Numbered from the stretch's first letter, positions 30,294 through 40,111 are shown. The stretch is DNA of 64,000 nucleotides from an uncultured virus (IMG/VR IMGVR_UViG_3300034110_001129) (IMGVR_UViG_3300034110_001129); one strand, 5' to 3'. Numbers and translations: made by a program. The notes: a model not told the origin generated them from the sequence alone.

Positions 30294-30326
30294 AAAAAAA
30301 CCCTTCGAAGGTGGCCTTCAAAGGGT
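30294..30326 (-). terminator. Attenuator terminator hairpin
   Basis: ACCCTTTGAAGG-CCA-CCTTCGAAGGGT 12-bp stem running into a T7 tract. Confidence 0.88.
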
Positions 30327-30382
30327 CTAAGATAATTACTATCCAAGAATTCGAGGCCATAACTGACCTCTACTCTGGTCAG

Positions 30383-30433
30383 TTAACTAGAATATGATGA
30401 ATAATAATAGGATACAGCAAATGTAGGTTTCAT
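30383..30433 (-). CDS. Leader peptide MKPTFAVSYYYSSYSS
   Basis: ATG AAA CCT ACA TTT GCT GTA TCC TAT TAT TAT TCA TCA TAT TCT AGT TAA; GGAG RBS at 30443-30446; own promoter. Confidence 0.82.
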   Translation of the reverse strand: MKPTFAVSYYYSSYSS

Positions 30434-30467
30434 TTTGTATTTCTCCAAAAAGTAAATAATATTAACC

Positions 30468-30496
30468 ATTATAACAGCCCGCTCAAAAAAATTCAA
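30468..30496 (-). promoter_or_regulatory. Sigma70 promoter of the leader/attenuator
   Basis: TTGAAT-17bp-TATAAT with TG extension. Confidence 0.8.
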
Positions 30497-30509
30497 GCGG
30501 TATGTTGGT

Positions 30510-31433
30510 TTATTTAAAATTGTTTCGCGTTGGATCGTTGGCTGCAGCTTCAATATCTTTAAACTGAGTGCTGTTAAGTTTTTCTCGAAAGATATCATCA
30601 AGCGTTGCATTATAGCTTAAAGGTTTTAATGCAGTAATCACTCGCTGAGTACAACTATCAACACAACGAACTTTCCAGAAATAAGCGTTTTCGAAATCGT
30701 TTATTTCGAGGTAAGCGGATACTATATCGAAAGCTACATTCTTATTTTTAGGATACAGTTTTTGGTAGTATTCTACCGCTTTGGCTGTATTTTTAGGGTA
30801 TACAAATCCTTTTCTGTATTGATAACCATAGAGAAGAATAATGTCTTCATCAATAGGCTCACCTACGGATACATTTTCAGCCAGTCTTTTAAAATCGTCT
30901 GCATATTGAATCTGTAGCTTATCTACCTGAGCCATCAGTGTCAAGTCATCTTCAAAGTAAGGCTTTTTAGCTTCATAGAGTTCAATAAATGCTTTTTTGT
31001 TGCCAGTCTTTAATGAAAGATCCAAATAATTGAATAAATTAGTTAAAGCTTCTTTCTTTTTAGGTAAAGTGCCAACATAGTCGTAACTTCCATAATATTG
31101 AGCATTTCCAAAAGGTTCTTCTAATCTCACTTTCACTAAAAATTTGTTTTGTTTAATAATGAAAGGCTTGTCTGGAATTTGATAGACAATGGGTTCTCGA
31201 TTGGCATCCGCTCCATAATAAGCTTTAACTAATAAAGCGTAGGCATCATAAGGATCTTTTTGTTGTTTCGCTTCTTTAAGCGTATTGCCTAACACACCAT
31301 CAAAATAATCAGTGGCCTTTACAACATCGCCTCGCTCCAAAATTTTACTGCGATCTATTTTAGGTTCGGAATCGCCACAACCATTTAAGAAAGCTATCAG
31401 TAAAGCTCCCACTACATACTTCATATATCGCAT
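30510..31433 (-). CDS. Lipoprotein with a Sel1/TPR-like C-terminal segment
   Basis: Lipobox LNGC; YG..Y..G..YPKN..KA.EYY and AYFW pattern. Confidence 0.65.
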   Translation of the reverse strand: MRYMKYVVGALLIAFLNGCGDSEPKIDRSKILERGDVVKATDYFDGVLGNTLKEAKQQKDPYDAYALLVKAYYGADANREPIVYQIPDKPFIIKQNKFLVKVRLEEPFGNAQYYGSYDYVGTLPKKKEALTNLFNYLDLSLKTGNKKAFIELYEAKKPYFEDDLTLMAQVDKLQIQYADDFKRLAENVSVGEPIDEDIILLYGYQYRKGFVYPKNTAKAVEYYQKLYPKNKNVAFDIVSAYLEINDFENAYFWKVRCVDSCTQRVITALKPLSYNATLDDIFREKLNSTQFKDIEAAANDPTRNNFK

Positions 31434-31446
31434 AGACGACTCCTAA

Positions 31447-31674
31447 TTAAGATAATTTCCAAGTGGTGACTTTTTCAACAGGTTCCATCAACAATTCTTT
31501 GCCAGAAATAATTCTAAAAACAGGATTGGTACATTCATCGTTTAGTTCCGCTTCAAATTGTTCCTTAAATTTGATAACATCTTCTTCTGATGAAAATGAA
31601 CTGAGTTTATATGTTGGCGAGTAAGAAGAATCATAATTGTCAGGTGAAACGTAGCCATGATAAACATAATACAT
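31447..31674 (-). CDS. Small hypothetical protein
   Basis: 75 aa with AGGAG RBS. Confidence 0.65.
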   Translation of the reverse strand: MYYVYHGYVSPDNYDSSYSPTYKLSSFSSEEDVIKFKEQFEAELNDECTNPVFRIISGKELLMEPVEKVTTWKLS

Positions 31675-31756
31675 AATATTACTCCTATAGAAAAGTTGTT
31701 TAAAATAATAAACTGTATGACCATTTTTGTCAATTATTAAATAATATTCATCATGT

Positions 31757-32539
31757 TTAAATCATATACATAGACAACAAATCAACTTTACCAGAAAGCT
31801 GTTCGCGTGGGTACAAGATGAGTTCTTGTCGAATACCATCATCATCGTCTAATTCATTAAGAATATAATTATCAATGTATTCATCAACAAAGACATCACC
31901 ATGATATTCTGCGTTAAAGACTTCATTGTTTTCGAAAAAGTCTTCGAAGTAAATTTCTTCTTTACGAATACGGTAAATAGTTTGATTATAAATATTGAAC
32001 GCAAACTTATGTTCGTTTCTTTGATGTTCAAACAAAGTAATAGTAGGAACCATTAGAATATTGCCATCTCTTGTAAGTTTAAAATTATTTTCAAAATAAT
32101 AACGAAAATAACTCTTTGATATTTTAGTAATAAAGAACGATGGTGTGCTGCTAGGATATACCAAAGGCAACTTAAATAAAGAACCTTCTTTCTTGAAAGA
32201 AAACATATCATTATTAGATAATTTATTATCAATATAAAACATCTTATTAAAATTAGAGTTTGATTTCATCTGGTCAAAAAAATCAGTCACAATTTTAAAA
32301 TCACTGCGTTTCATTTTATTGATGGACAACAGTTTTTTAATTTCTGGAAGGTATTTGTTACTGGTTTTGATTGCAATAATTGAATTATTTATAATGGTGA
32401 AGTCAACAAATTGTTTGTCTTTGTTAAAAAAAGATTTGAAAAGAATAACATCATTAACATCATCAAATGTAAATGTGCTTTTCGGATAACGAGAAGTAAA
32501 GATATCACTGATAGATTGTTGCACATTATTCTTTTTCAT
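31757..32539 (-). CDS. Hypothetical protein related to 63602; shared C-terminal motif
   Basis: NF.LTRD..I..VPTI.LF and P...L..KVDLL.M..I shared with the 63602 ORF. Confidence 0.7.
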   Translation of the reverse strand: MKKNNVQQSISDIFTSRYPKSTFTFDDVNDVILFKSFFNKDKQFVDFTIINNSIIAIKTSNKYLPEIKKLLSINKMKRSDFKIVTDFFDQMKSNSNFNKMFYIDNKLSNNDMFSFKKEGSLFKLPLVYPSSTPSFFITKISKSYFRYYFENNFKLTRDGNILMVPTITLFEHQRNEHKFAFNIYNQTIYRIRKEEIYFEDFFENNEVFNAEYHGDVFVDEYIDNYILNELDDDDGIRQELILYPREQLSGKVDLLSMYMI

Positions 32540-32593
32540 AAGGACTCCATATTTCGCTGGATTATAGCATAGGAAGTCTATTTTTTCAATCAG

Positions 32594-33433
32594 TTATTCA
32601 TATTCGTCTGGATATTCTTTTTCATGGGCTTTTTGCTCAGTAAGATAAACAGACCAGTATTGTAAATCTTTAGCCGTCAACAAGTTCTGCGATTGAACAT
32701 AGTCAAACACCAACTGAATGTATCTAGAGTTACCATCACCATCATGCACAGTCCACTCTGGGATAACAGCAACGGTGTCACACATATCAGATCGTAAGGT
32801 CTTCCATTCACGTTCTGGTGGGCCTTTTTTCAAGGCGTCTGGTGTCAGGTAGTCTTCTCCGTTAATATAAGCCAATATTGAATAGATATCAGTTAATTCG
32901 GCTGGTAAAGGTTTATCCTTATAAATAAAGGTGCCTTTTCTATCCAATACCTGTTGAATATAAAACAATGATGAAAAATTTTGTGAATAATCTTCAAGAA
33001 AATGGTATTTTCGCACTATAACAGTTTCGCCATCAACAAAAGAGCCTTCTGATATACTTAATGTTTCTGTTGTTTGTTTTCCTCGGGATAAGATTTGAGC
33101 TAACGTTTCATATTGAGAGCGTATCAACCAGCTACTTAACAGAAAGAAACCATTATAATTATTGCTAGACCACACTTGTTTTTCTTTGAAGTCAAAAAAC
33201 AATAAACCATAATCGTAGGGAGCAAAAAAACATCGAGCATTATAATAGTCTTCCTGTTCATAATCAGCGACGGCATCTTCAATATATAATTCTTCTTTTA
33301 CCACATGATCTTTGAAATAATTCTCATCTAGCATTCTTAAATCATGAAAAGAAGTTAAACATCCAGTTGATGTTCTAAAAGACATCTTAGAGTTATCTTT
33401 GAATCGTGCTAAAATTACTACCATGCCGCCCAT
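32594..33433 (-). CDS. Family B (MGG..V..R) hypothetical protein
   Basis: MGG.V...R.KD and PY.YG..FFDFK motifs shared with 44602/45840. Confidence 0.7.
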   Translation of the reverse strand: MGGMVVILARFKDNSKMSFRTSTGCLTSFHDLRMLDENYFKDHVVKEELYIEDAVADYEQEDYYNARCFFAPYDYGLLFFDFKEKQVWSSNNYNGFFLLSSWLIRSQYETLAQILSRGKQTTETLSISEGSFVDGETVIVRKYHFLEDYSQNFSSLFYIQQVLDRKGTFIYKDKPLPAELTDIYSILAYINGEDYLTPDALKKGPPEREWKTLRSDMCDTVAVIPEWTVHDGDGNSRYIQLVFDYVQSQNLLTAKDLQYWSVYLTEQKAHEKEYPDEYE

Positions 33434-33552
33434 AATATAATACCTTTATTAAATTATATCAGCCTAACATACAACAAAATAATTTCAATAATAATGTTTT
33501 GACAATGTTCATTTAAATATGGTAATATTGAGAACAAAATTGGAGTACCCAT

Positions 33553-34284
33553 ATGAGCAAAATCACAACAGAAGACTGCAAAAATTTTATTAAAGATCAT
33601 TTTGGGCTTACATCAACGGTCAATATCAAACGAGATCGAAAATATAAAGATGGAAATGGCGATTATATTCGCGTTTTTACCTTTAATGGGGAGACTTATT
33701 TAATTAAAGAAGACAGTAATGGAGAGCTTTCGTTAATTACTGAAAACGAACTAGTTGCCAAACCAACCGTTACATCCACATCCGACACACAAGAATTTAA
33801 TGCCAAAGCATTTTTGAAAAAACACATTAAATTACTGGAAAATTACAACAGTGGTGATTCAATGGACGATTTCATTAGAGCCACCAATGCATTAACACCC
33901 GATCAAAAGATTAAAGTTGCCAATCAATTTACATTCTTTTTCCCTGATGAAACGTATTACAATGAACTTGATTATGTAACCAATGGTTTGGATACATTGA
34001 TGATTTCGAATGCCAGTGGTGATTTCGAATCATTCTGTTTTATCTTTATTGATTGCTTCAATACCGATTTAGGTTTGTATGTCAGTGATATTTTAACCGA
34101 CATGCTACCAGACTATCTCGACAAAATGGATGAAGATAATTATCAACTTACCGAAAACAGTCAAACCAGAAGAATCACTATTCGAGAAATGATTAAAATT
34201 TTAGAAGATCTAGGCTTTAAGTATAAAAATCATGCGGAATGGGGCGATAACCAGTGCATGTTGGCAAAATTGAAACTTAAATAA
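33553..34284 (+). CDS. Family C hypothetical protein
   Basis: MSK.TTEDCKNFIK...KR..KYKDGNGD.IR.F; full-length paralog of 34349. Confidence 0.75.
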   Translation: MSKITTEDCKNFIKDHFGLTSTVNIKRDRKYKDGNGDYIRVFTFNGETYLIKEDSNGELSLITENELVAKPTVTSTSDTQEFNAKAFLKKHIKLLENYNSGDSMDDFIRATNALTPDQKIKVANQFTFFFPDETYYNELDYVTNGLDTLMISNASGDFESFCFIFIDCFNTDLGLYVSDILTDMLPDYLDKMDEDNYQLTENSQTRRITIREMIKILEDLGFKYKNHAEWGDNQCMLAKLKLK

Positions 34285-34348
34285 TCTATGAACCAGTAAC
34301 GCTGGGGCTTTTTCTTTTGTTTAATAATAATAAAATAGGAGATGTTGT

Positions 34349-35077
34349 ATGAGTAAAGTAACCACAGAAGATTGCAAAAACTTCATTAAAGAACAGAATG
34401 GACTGACATCCACTGTGAAAATTAAAAGAGAGAAGAAATACAAGGATGGCAATGGTGATGTTATTCGTGAGTTTTCTATTGATGGTTTGGAGAACTGTTT
34501 CATCAAAGAGAATAGTAATGGTGAGCTTTCCATCGTCAATGCAGAAGATCTTGTAGCAAAACCTGTTAAAACAGAAAGTGTGCAAGACTTTAATGCGAAG
34601 CGATTTCTTAAAAAGTATATTAAAAAGCTTGAAGAAGATGAAGGTGATGACGAAGAAGAAGCGTTAGCAGTTTTTATGAAAGAAACCGCAAAACTATCTG
34701 CTGAAAATAAAGTAAAGGTAGCTAATGAATTTTGTTTCTATTTTCCTTATGAAACATACAGCAACATGACGAAGTTTATAGTAAATGGATTAGACACTCC
34801 AATGATTTTTGGAAAAGAAACCTTATGTGTTATTTTCTATGACAGTGTTGATTCCGAACCAGACTTGTTGGTCAGTCACATTTTGGAAGGCATACTGCCA
34901 GAATATTTTCATAAAGTGGACGAATATCATTTTGAAATTAAACTCAATGAGATCACTAAAAACCTCACTATACGAGACATGATCGCTTTACTTGAACATT
35001 ATGGATTTACTTACAAGAGTAGCACTGAATATCTTGACACGAATGGCTGTATATTGAAAAAGTTAAATCTAAAATAA
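34349..35077 (+). CDS. Family C hypothetical protein
   Basis: Tandem paralog of 33553. Confidence 0.75.
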   Translation: MSKVTTEDCKNFIKEQNGLTSTVKIKREKKYKDGNGDVIREFSIDGLENCFIKENSNGELSIVNAEDLVAKPVKTESVQDFNAKRFLKKYIKKLEEDEGDDEEEALAVFMKETAKLSAENKVKVANEFCFYFPYETYSNMTKFIVNGLDTPMIFGKETLCVIFYDSVDSEPDLLVSHILEGILPEYFHKVDEYHFEIKLNEITKNLTIRDMIALLEHYGFTYKSSTEYLDTNGCILKKLNLK

Positions 35078-35115
35078 GCGTAAACAAAAGCCAGATGATT
35101 TCTGGCTTTTTTGTA

Positions 35116-35766
35116 TCAATACACAATGTCTGCGACAAAGACATGAATAACATTAGGTGAATTATCTTCAAATACCATGTTTAAGATTTTTGGCCCCGGA
35201 ACTTTAATGGTTTGTGTTAATACCATATCTTTTGAAAATTCATTAGCGGGTATTTTTTTACCATCTTTATCAACTGTTGCTTTGTTTGTTGTTTTCAAAC
35301 TGGTGCTGGAATACAATAGGAACTTATTCTTATCAATATACAAAGCCCCTACGGTGTTTTGAGACATTAACAATACCTCTTTATCTTCATACAACTTATA
35401 TTGTTGCTGAGCCGTAACAGCCATACTACCATTATTTAATTCTAATTCAGCATAGACAAAAGGTTGTCCAAATTTATTCAATTTACCAAATCTACCCAGA
35501 ACGGTTTTAATGTCGGTACCAGCATCTAACAAGATATTAGATGTCCTGATAGCTTCACTGTTCACCACATAATTAGATTCTTTCATGCTTTTCTTTGTTG
35601 TCGTTTTATAAGACATTTGAGCAACTTCTTTCAAACCTTCTTTACTGGTTTCTATTTGATATTCGCTGATCACAACCGTTGGAATAGTTCCTCCAACTTC
35701 TAATTCACCTGCAAAGATAGTGGTAGGGAGTAGTGCCATACATAATACTGAAAATAATTTTTTCAT
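35116..35766 (-). CDS. Secreted hypothetical protein
   Basis: MKKLF...IFA signal peptide; GAGG RBS. Confidence 0.7.
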   Translation of the reverse strand: MKKLFSVLCMALLPTTIFAGELEVGGTIPTVVISEYQIETSKEGLKEVAQMSYKTTTKKSMKESNYVVNSEAIRTSNILLDAGTDIKTVLGRFGKLNKFGQPFVYAELELNNGSMAVTAQQQYKLYEDKEVLLMSQNTVGALYIDKNKFLLYSSTSLKTTNKATVDKDGKKIPANEFSKDMVLTQTIKVPGPKILNMVFEDNSPNVIHVFVADIVY

Positions 35767-35838
35767 TACATCATCCTCTTTTTTCGAAATAAAAAAAAGA
35801 CCTACCGAAGTAAGTCTTTATTCGTGTATCTTTATATT

Positions 35839-36657
35839 TTAACGACGTTTTTTAAAAATGCTACCACCACGCTTAAACATACTGGTCTTTTTTGCTGGCT
35901 TCGGAGATTGATACGAAGTGTCAGTAGCTTTTGGTTTAGTCACTACTTGCGTTCTGTAAGCATCTTTTGACAAGGGAGCACCTGTCGCAGAATTAGGTGT
36001 TACAGGCGTAAATTTGTTGGTTGGTGCATTTGTTACGGTTGTGGTCGGACGATTAGATGTATTAACCGAAGGCGACATCACGTTACGGTTCTTGTTCATG
36101 TTAGCGTTAACTGGTGAGAACTTTGAACGGTAATTACTAACAGCAGATTGCTTTTGTGATTGGTAAGAAGAATATGATCCACGTCTGGTTTCAAGTGGAC
36201 GATACTGACTGCTTACAGCCGACATGTTACCTTTATTTTTATTGAATGCGTTGAATAAGGCACTTGCAGTCAAACCACCCGCCATAGCCCACATAAAGGT
36301 GCTAAGACCACTGCCACTGGTTGCTTGTTCAACCACATTACCAGCAGCGTCAACAACAGAACCAGCTTCTTCTTTTACAACGTTAAGGATTTTTTGACCA
36401 GCGTCATCCACACTGTAATAAGCGTCAACAATGGAAGGATCTTGTGCTTTCATTTTGGACACAATGTCTTTCAGTTCTTTGTCTTCTGCAGTTTCGGATA
36501 CAGATTGATAGGCTTGGCTGTTAGGAGCCGTTACGTGTGTTTGAGTTGTTGGAGAATTTGATACGCCACGTTCAGCGGGTGTTTGGTATTCTTTTTGTTC
36601 ACAACCAACCATGAAAATAGCGGAAAAAATCATGGCATACGAAATTGTTTTCTTCAT
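35839..36657 (-). CDS. Lipoprotein with low-complexity basic tail (DUF1190/UPF0323-like architecture)
   Basis: Lipobox MVGC; SGSG...MAGG hydrophobic segment; Ser/Thr/Lys-rich tail ending RGG..FKKRR. Confidence 0.55.
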   Translation of the reverse strand: MKKTISYAMIFSAIFMVGCEQKEYQTPAERGVSNSPTTQTHVTAPNSQAYQSVSETAEDKELKDIVSKMKAQDPSIVDAYYSVDDAGQKILNVVKEEAGSVVDAAGNVVEQATSGSGLSTFMWAMAGGLTASALFNAFNKNKGNMSAVSSQYRPLETRRGSYSSYQSQKQSAVSNYRSKFSPVNANMNKNRNVMSPSVNTSNRPTTTVTNAPTNKFTPVTPNSATGAPLSKDAYRTQVVTKPKATDTSYQSPKPAKKTSMFKRGGSIFKKRR

Positions 36658-36745
36658 CAAAGTTAAAACTCCATTAGTAATTTGTTAAGATTAATTGTAT
36701 CAAAAGTAAGGGTGTGTTGCAATAGATTTACAAGGTTTGGAAACA

Positions 36746-36844
36746 TTATGAAACAATAGTAAATCCAACCGCAGTAACAAGTGAAACAAACGCCATCGAC
36801 AGCATAACAATTTTCGATTTACGATTAATCTGGTTAGTTTTCAT
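36746..36844 (-). CDS. 32-aa single-TM peptide, absent from the ORF track
   Basis: MKTNQINRKSKIVMLSMAFVSLVTAVGFTIVS; GAGGA RBS and TTGCAG-17-TATTAT promoter. Confidence 0.5.
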   Translation of the reverse strand: MKTNQINRKSKIVMLSMAFVSLVTAVGFTIVS

Positions 36845-36903
36845 GATGTGTCCTCTAATTAAGAAACACTATAATACCACAATAAGTAAAAGACTGCAAT
36901 AAA

Positions 36904-37497
36904 TTAAAAAATCAAAGCCGAAAAAACAAGAAAATTGTCTTCATTTAGGTCATCAATAGAATTGAAAGACATTCCAAAATCTTTCATTTCATCATTAAGC
37001 ATGGGGAGCAAAAAACAATTCAGTAGATCTTTATAATTTGAATAGGCATAAGAGTAGCAACCAATATCATCATCAGCAATTATTTTTTCAAATTTAGAAG
37101 CGTCATTGAGGTTTTGTTCAAAGATCAAAGTTAAATAATGACCAGAATCAACTTCAATGACATCAAAAAAATTATTTGATGGTGTCGTTGATGTTTTTAG
37201 CTTAATATCAAAACCTTTAATTAAACAAATAGCCATTAATGCCCGCCATGTAGCTTGCTCATATACTGTCATGGGGAACAATTTAAAAATAACAGGAAAT
37301 ATATTATTGAAAATAGAATAATGAAATCCGATATCTGTTGGCCCAATCATAGTGATACCACTATAATTACATGTTCCGCAGACATATGGATTATCTAACT
37401 TCCAATCAATTATTTCAATGTCTTTATTGATAACAAGAGCTTCATCAATGGCATTTAACACTGTTTGTGTATCTAATAACCGCATAGAGTTAGTCAT
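36904..37497 (-). CDS. Hypothetical protein
   Basis: 197 aa in a tightly packed gene run; weak version of the shared C-terminal motif. Confidence 0.65.
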   Translation of the reverse strand: MTNSMRLLDTQTVLNAIDEALVINKDIEIIDWKLDNPYVCGTCNYSGITMIGPTDIGFHYSIFNNIFPVIFKLFPMTVYEQATWRALMAICLIKGFDIKLKTSTTPSNNFFDVIEVDSGHYLTLIFEQNLNDASKFEKIIADDDIGCYSYAYSNYKDLLNCFLLPMLNDEMKDFGMSFNSIDDLNEDNFLVFSALIF

Positions 37498-37500
37498 GAA

Positions 37501-38427
37501 TTAGAATGATGAAGCACTGTCGTAGTTAAAAGGATAATTCAACCCATTCACAAATTTATTCATGTGACTTTCAAAATCCGGTGCAAAAATAAAAGCAAGA
37601 TAGTTAGTCAATACCTTAGACTTTGTAGGTGTTTGAGCTGTATTGTGAATGCGACCAAACTTATACATAAAAGGACTGACATCAGCCGGGAAATCATCAA
37701 ATTTTAGACGACTGATACTAATATCAAACGTAAATTTAAAATTAGGCTGAATAAATTGTACGGTGATATTCGATTCATCTTGAGACAAGTCAGGTTCTAC
37801 CAAAGAGACTTTGAAACCGTTGTCTTTAAAATACTCTTTAATGTTTCGAAGTGTATTATAAATTGCTGTTTCTCTTGACATCGCAAACAATTCTTTCATG
37901 TAGTCATTGCCACGAGCATCTTCAACCGCAATCAAAGCTGGAATTTTATCAGCATAGCTCATGGCGGTATTATTGAATGGATAGTTACAAGCATGAACTA
38001 GCTCACTGACCATTGAAAAGAAGGCTGGTGATGCTAATTCTTGTTGGAAATTAATAACATGAGCACTCAATTTATAAGGCGAGTAACTACCCCATTCAAC
38101 TTTTTCCAATGAATACATAACAGAACTAGTGCGTTCAGGATTCCACTCACCTTCAGTTGAACGTTTCAAACGGCAATAACGAAGATGTTCTTTCTTTTTC
38201 TCAAAGAGTGTAATTTCAAGACTAGGATTACCAAAGCTAGATTCATTCCAATCAGCTTTCACATCAAAACCAAGTTGAGCAAAGTGATCTTCGATAAGAT
38301 AGAGAGCTTTAGTGACACTAAGATTACGAGCAGCAAAAAAGAGTCGATTAATTAATTGCTCTTGAAGTTCAATAGCCAACAGAAGCTCTTTTTTGTTATA
38401 AAAGTTTTTGGAATAGTTATGTTGCAT
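37501..38427 (-). CDS. Hypothetical protein with an internal duplication
   Basis: Two segments each running F...GF.V to P.F......NYPFN. Confidence 0.7.
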   Translation of the reverse strand: MQHNYSKNFYNKKELLLAIELQEQLINRLFFAARNLSVTKALYLIEDHFAQLGFDVKADWNESSFGNPSLEITLFEKKKEHLRYCRLKRSTEGEWNPERTSSVMYSLEKVEWGSYSPYKLSAHVINFQQELASPAFFSMVSELVHACNYPFNNTAMSYADKIPALIAVEDARGNDYMKELFAMSRETAIYNTLRNIKEYFKDNGFKVSLVEPDLSQDESNITVQFIQPNFKFTFDISISRLKFDDFPADVSPFMYKFGRIHNTAQTPTKSKVLTNYLAFIFAPDFESHMNKFVNGLNYPFNYDSASSF

Positions 38428-38439
38428 GAAAATATCCTC

Positions 38440-38916
38440 TTAGAAAGGTGAAACGTCAGCTAAATCATTAATACGGGGGTGTTGAAAATAAGCCAATTGA
38501 GACATCCTGAACGTTGATTCAAACTTGTCTTCGAATTCCAAATCAAACTGTCCCATTTTCTCAAAAACAGGATTCCACTTGATATCTTCACGACCTGTAC
38601 TAAACAACCATTCCAAGTTAGGCTTAGGAATGACAATCTTGTGTTTACTGTTTTTCAACGCCATGACAATATGTTTATTCAAATCAAAAGCAACTCTCAA
38701 CGCTTTTTTGTCAATGTAAGTTGAACCTGATGCATGTGAACGCAATTCAATCATATCACTGTCTTCACGATTAATGACACGGAACGTATTGTATTCAGAA
38801 TCAATGAAATTCTTGATGACAAAGTTTTTAGGGGTCGCCAGCAAGCTAATACTGAATGAGCGATAGCAGTTTTCCACCATTTCAAATTCTGATACGATCA
38901 GTATATTACGTTTCAT
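38440..38916 (-). CDS. Hypothetical protein
   Basis: 158-aa ORF with AGGAG RBS. Confidence 0.65.
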   Translation of the reverse strand: MKRNILIVSEFEMVENCYRSFSISLLATPKNFVIKNFIDSEYNTFRVINREDSDMIELRSHASGSTYIDKKALRVAFDLNKHIVMALKNSKHKIVIPKPNLEWLFSTGREDIKWNPVFEKMGQFDLEFEDKFESTFRMSQLAYFQHPRINDLADVSPF

Positions 38917-38919
38917 GTA

Positions 38920-39384
38920 TTAACTCCTTAATAGTTCAAAGCGAGCAATGAATTCGTCAACAACAACAGGTTTAAGGCCATTCTCGCAAAAAAATAACTC
39001 GGGTGTATTATACCAAATATTGGCATTGTCGTCAATCGCTATCCATAATCCATCATAATTCTGTGTAGTTAACCACTCTTGTGCTTCACGAAAACGACTA
39101 CCATCACTGTTTTCATAATGGTTAGGGGTAATACCTACAATCATTGACTGAATATGTTTAGAGAATGGAGCTTTGAGTTGATCGAATGTTTTATTATCAC
39201 GCCAAGTGCTTGAAATAACAATTTTAAAATTAACAGTGTCTTCGAACGTATTAATAAAGCGTTCAAATTCTGGTATAAAGTAGAAGAATTGATTTTCTTC
39301 ATCAGTGCTATTTTCATCCGGCCAGAAAAAATGAAGAACTCCATCAAAGTCCAAAAACAAAACACAATCTTTTTTAATCATCAT
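38920..39384 (-). CDS. HAD-domain protein (Swiss-army-knife RNA-repair HAD type)
   Basis: LFLDFDGV, IVISSTWR, G.TP, R..E...W and AIDD motifs. Confidence 0.82.
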   Translation of the reverse strand: MMIKKDCVLFLDFDGVLHFFWPDENSTDEENQFFYFIPEFERFINTFEDTVNFKIVISSTWRDNKTFDQLKAPFSKHIQSMIVGITPNHYENSDGSRFREAQEWLTTQNYDGLWIAIDDNANIWYNTPELFFCENGLKPVVVDEFIARFELLRS

Positions 39385-39460
39385 TAAGCACTCCTAAGCC
39401 ATTGCCAAGTATAACAGAATATCGACAAAGGAGCAAGAAAGAAAAAACCGCCGAAGCGGT

Positions 39461-40111
39461 TTAAAGTGGACGTGGAACAGTAGATTTGTAACGTGAAATA
39501 TAGAGACAATCTAAGGTGTCTTTACAAGTATCATAGGCTACTGGTGTATTAATATCATCTTGTTTTGCAAAATAGTGGTAGGCTTCACCATTCTTCATCT
39601 TAATAGGAGCCAATTCAAGACGAAGGCTTGTAGACGGCTTAATATTGTGGGACTTGTTTAAAGTAAAAATAATATGACTCAATGTTGCATGTTCATTAAA
39701 ACCAAAATAATCATTGTGGTCAATTTTTCTAATCAAGTAGACATTATCCACTTTGCTTTGATCAAAGTTAATGGAATAACGAATGGAAATTTGAGAATCG
39801 GGATTTTGAGCATAATCCAAATAATATTCTGCCGTACTGGTATTGATTGGGGGTAGATTATCAGGCATAGCAACAGTGTTGACAACATTGACCAGATTAC
39901 TCACATGACCAGTAGGTTCCAAAGACATATAGGCATTATGACCATTGGATTTCATTTGAATGTCAATAACCCTGAAAAGATCCTGTGTTGCGGCAATATC
40001 ATCTTTAATCACGGTTTCTGGTTTAATAAATTGAATAAAGAAAAAATAACCAAGAACAACAAGTACAAGAGCGGCAAGAGACAATGTAATTTTAACTTTA
40101 TTTTTATTCAT
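39461..40111 (-). CDS. Membrane-anchored hypothetical protein
   Basis: N-terminal TM segment, C-terminal Cys pair. Confidence 0.65.
   Translation of the reverse strand: MNKNKVKITLSLAALVLVVLGYFFFIQFIKPETVIKDDIAATQDLFRVIDIQMKSNGHNAYMSLEPTGHVSNLVNVVNTVAMPDNLPPINTSTAEYYLDYAQNPDSQISIRYSINFDQSKVDNVYLIRKIDHNDYFGFNEHATLSHIIFTLNKSHNIKPSTSLRLELAPIKMKNGEAYHYFAKQDDINTPVAYDTCKDTLDCLYISRYKSTVPRPL

Larger units (their letters stand above)
30294..30433 (-). promoter_or_regulatory. Putative ribosome-dependent transcription attenuator (Tyr/Ser-sensing)
   Basis: Leader ORF plus mutually exclusive pairings A:B (9 bp), B:C (7 bp), C:D (10 bp with a bulge) and the terminator. Confidence 0.8.

Noticed and set aside
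30383..30610. 75-aa ORF MQRLMISF...YYYSSYSS as one protein
   Set aside because: It overlaps the 3' end of 30510-31433 and spans a promoter; the RBS supports only the final 16 codons from ATG 30433.
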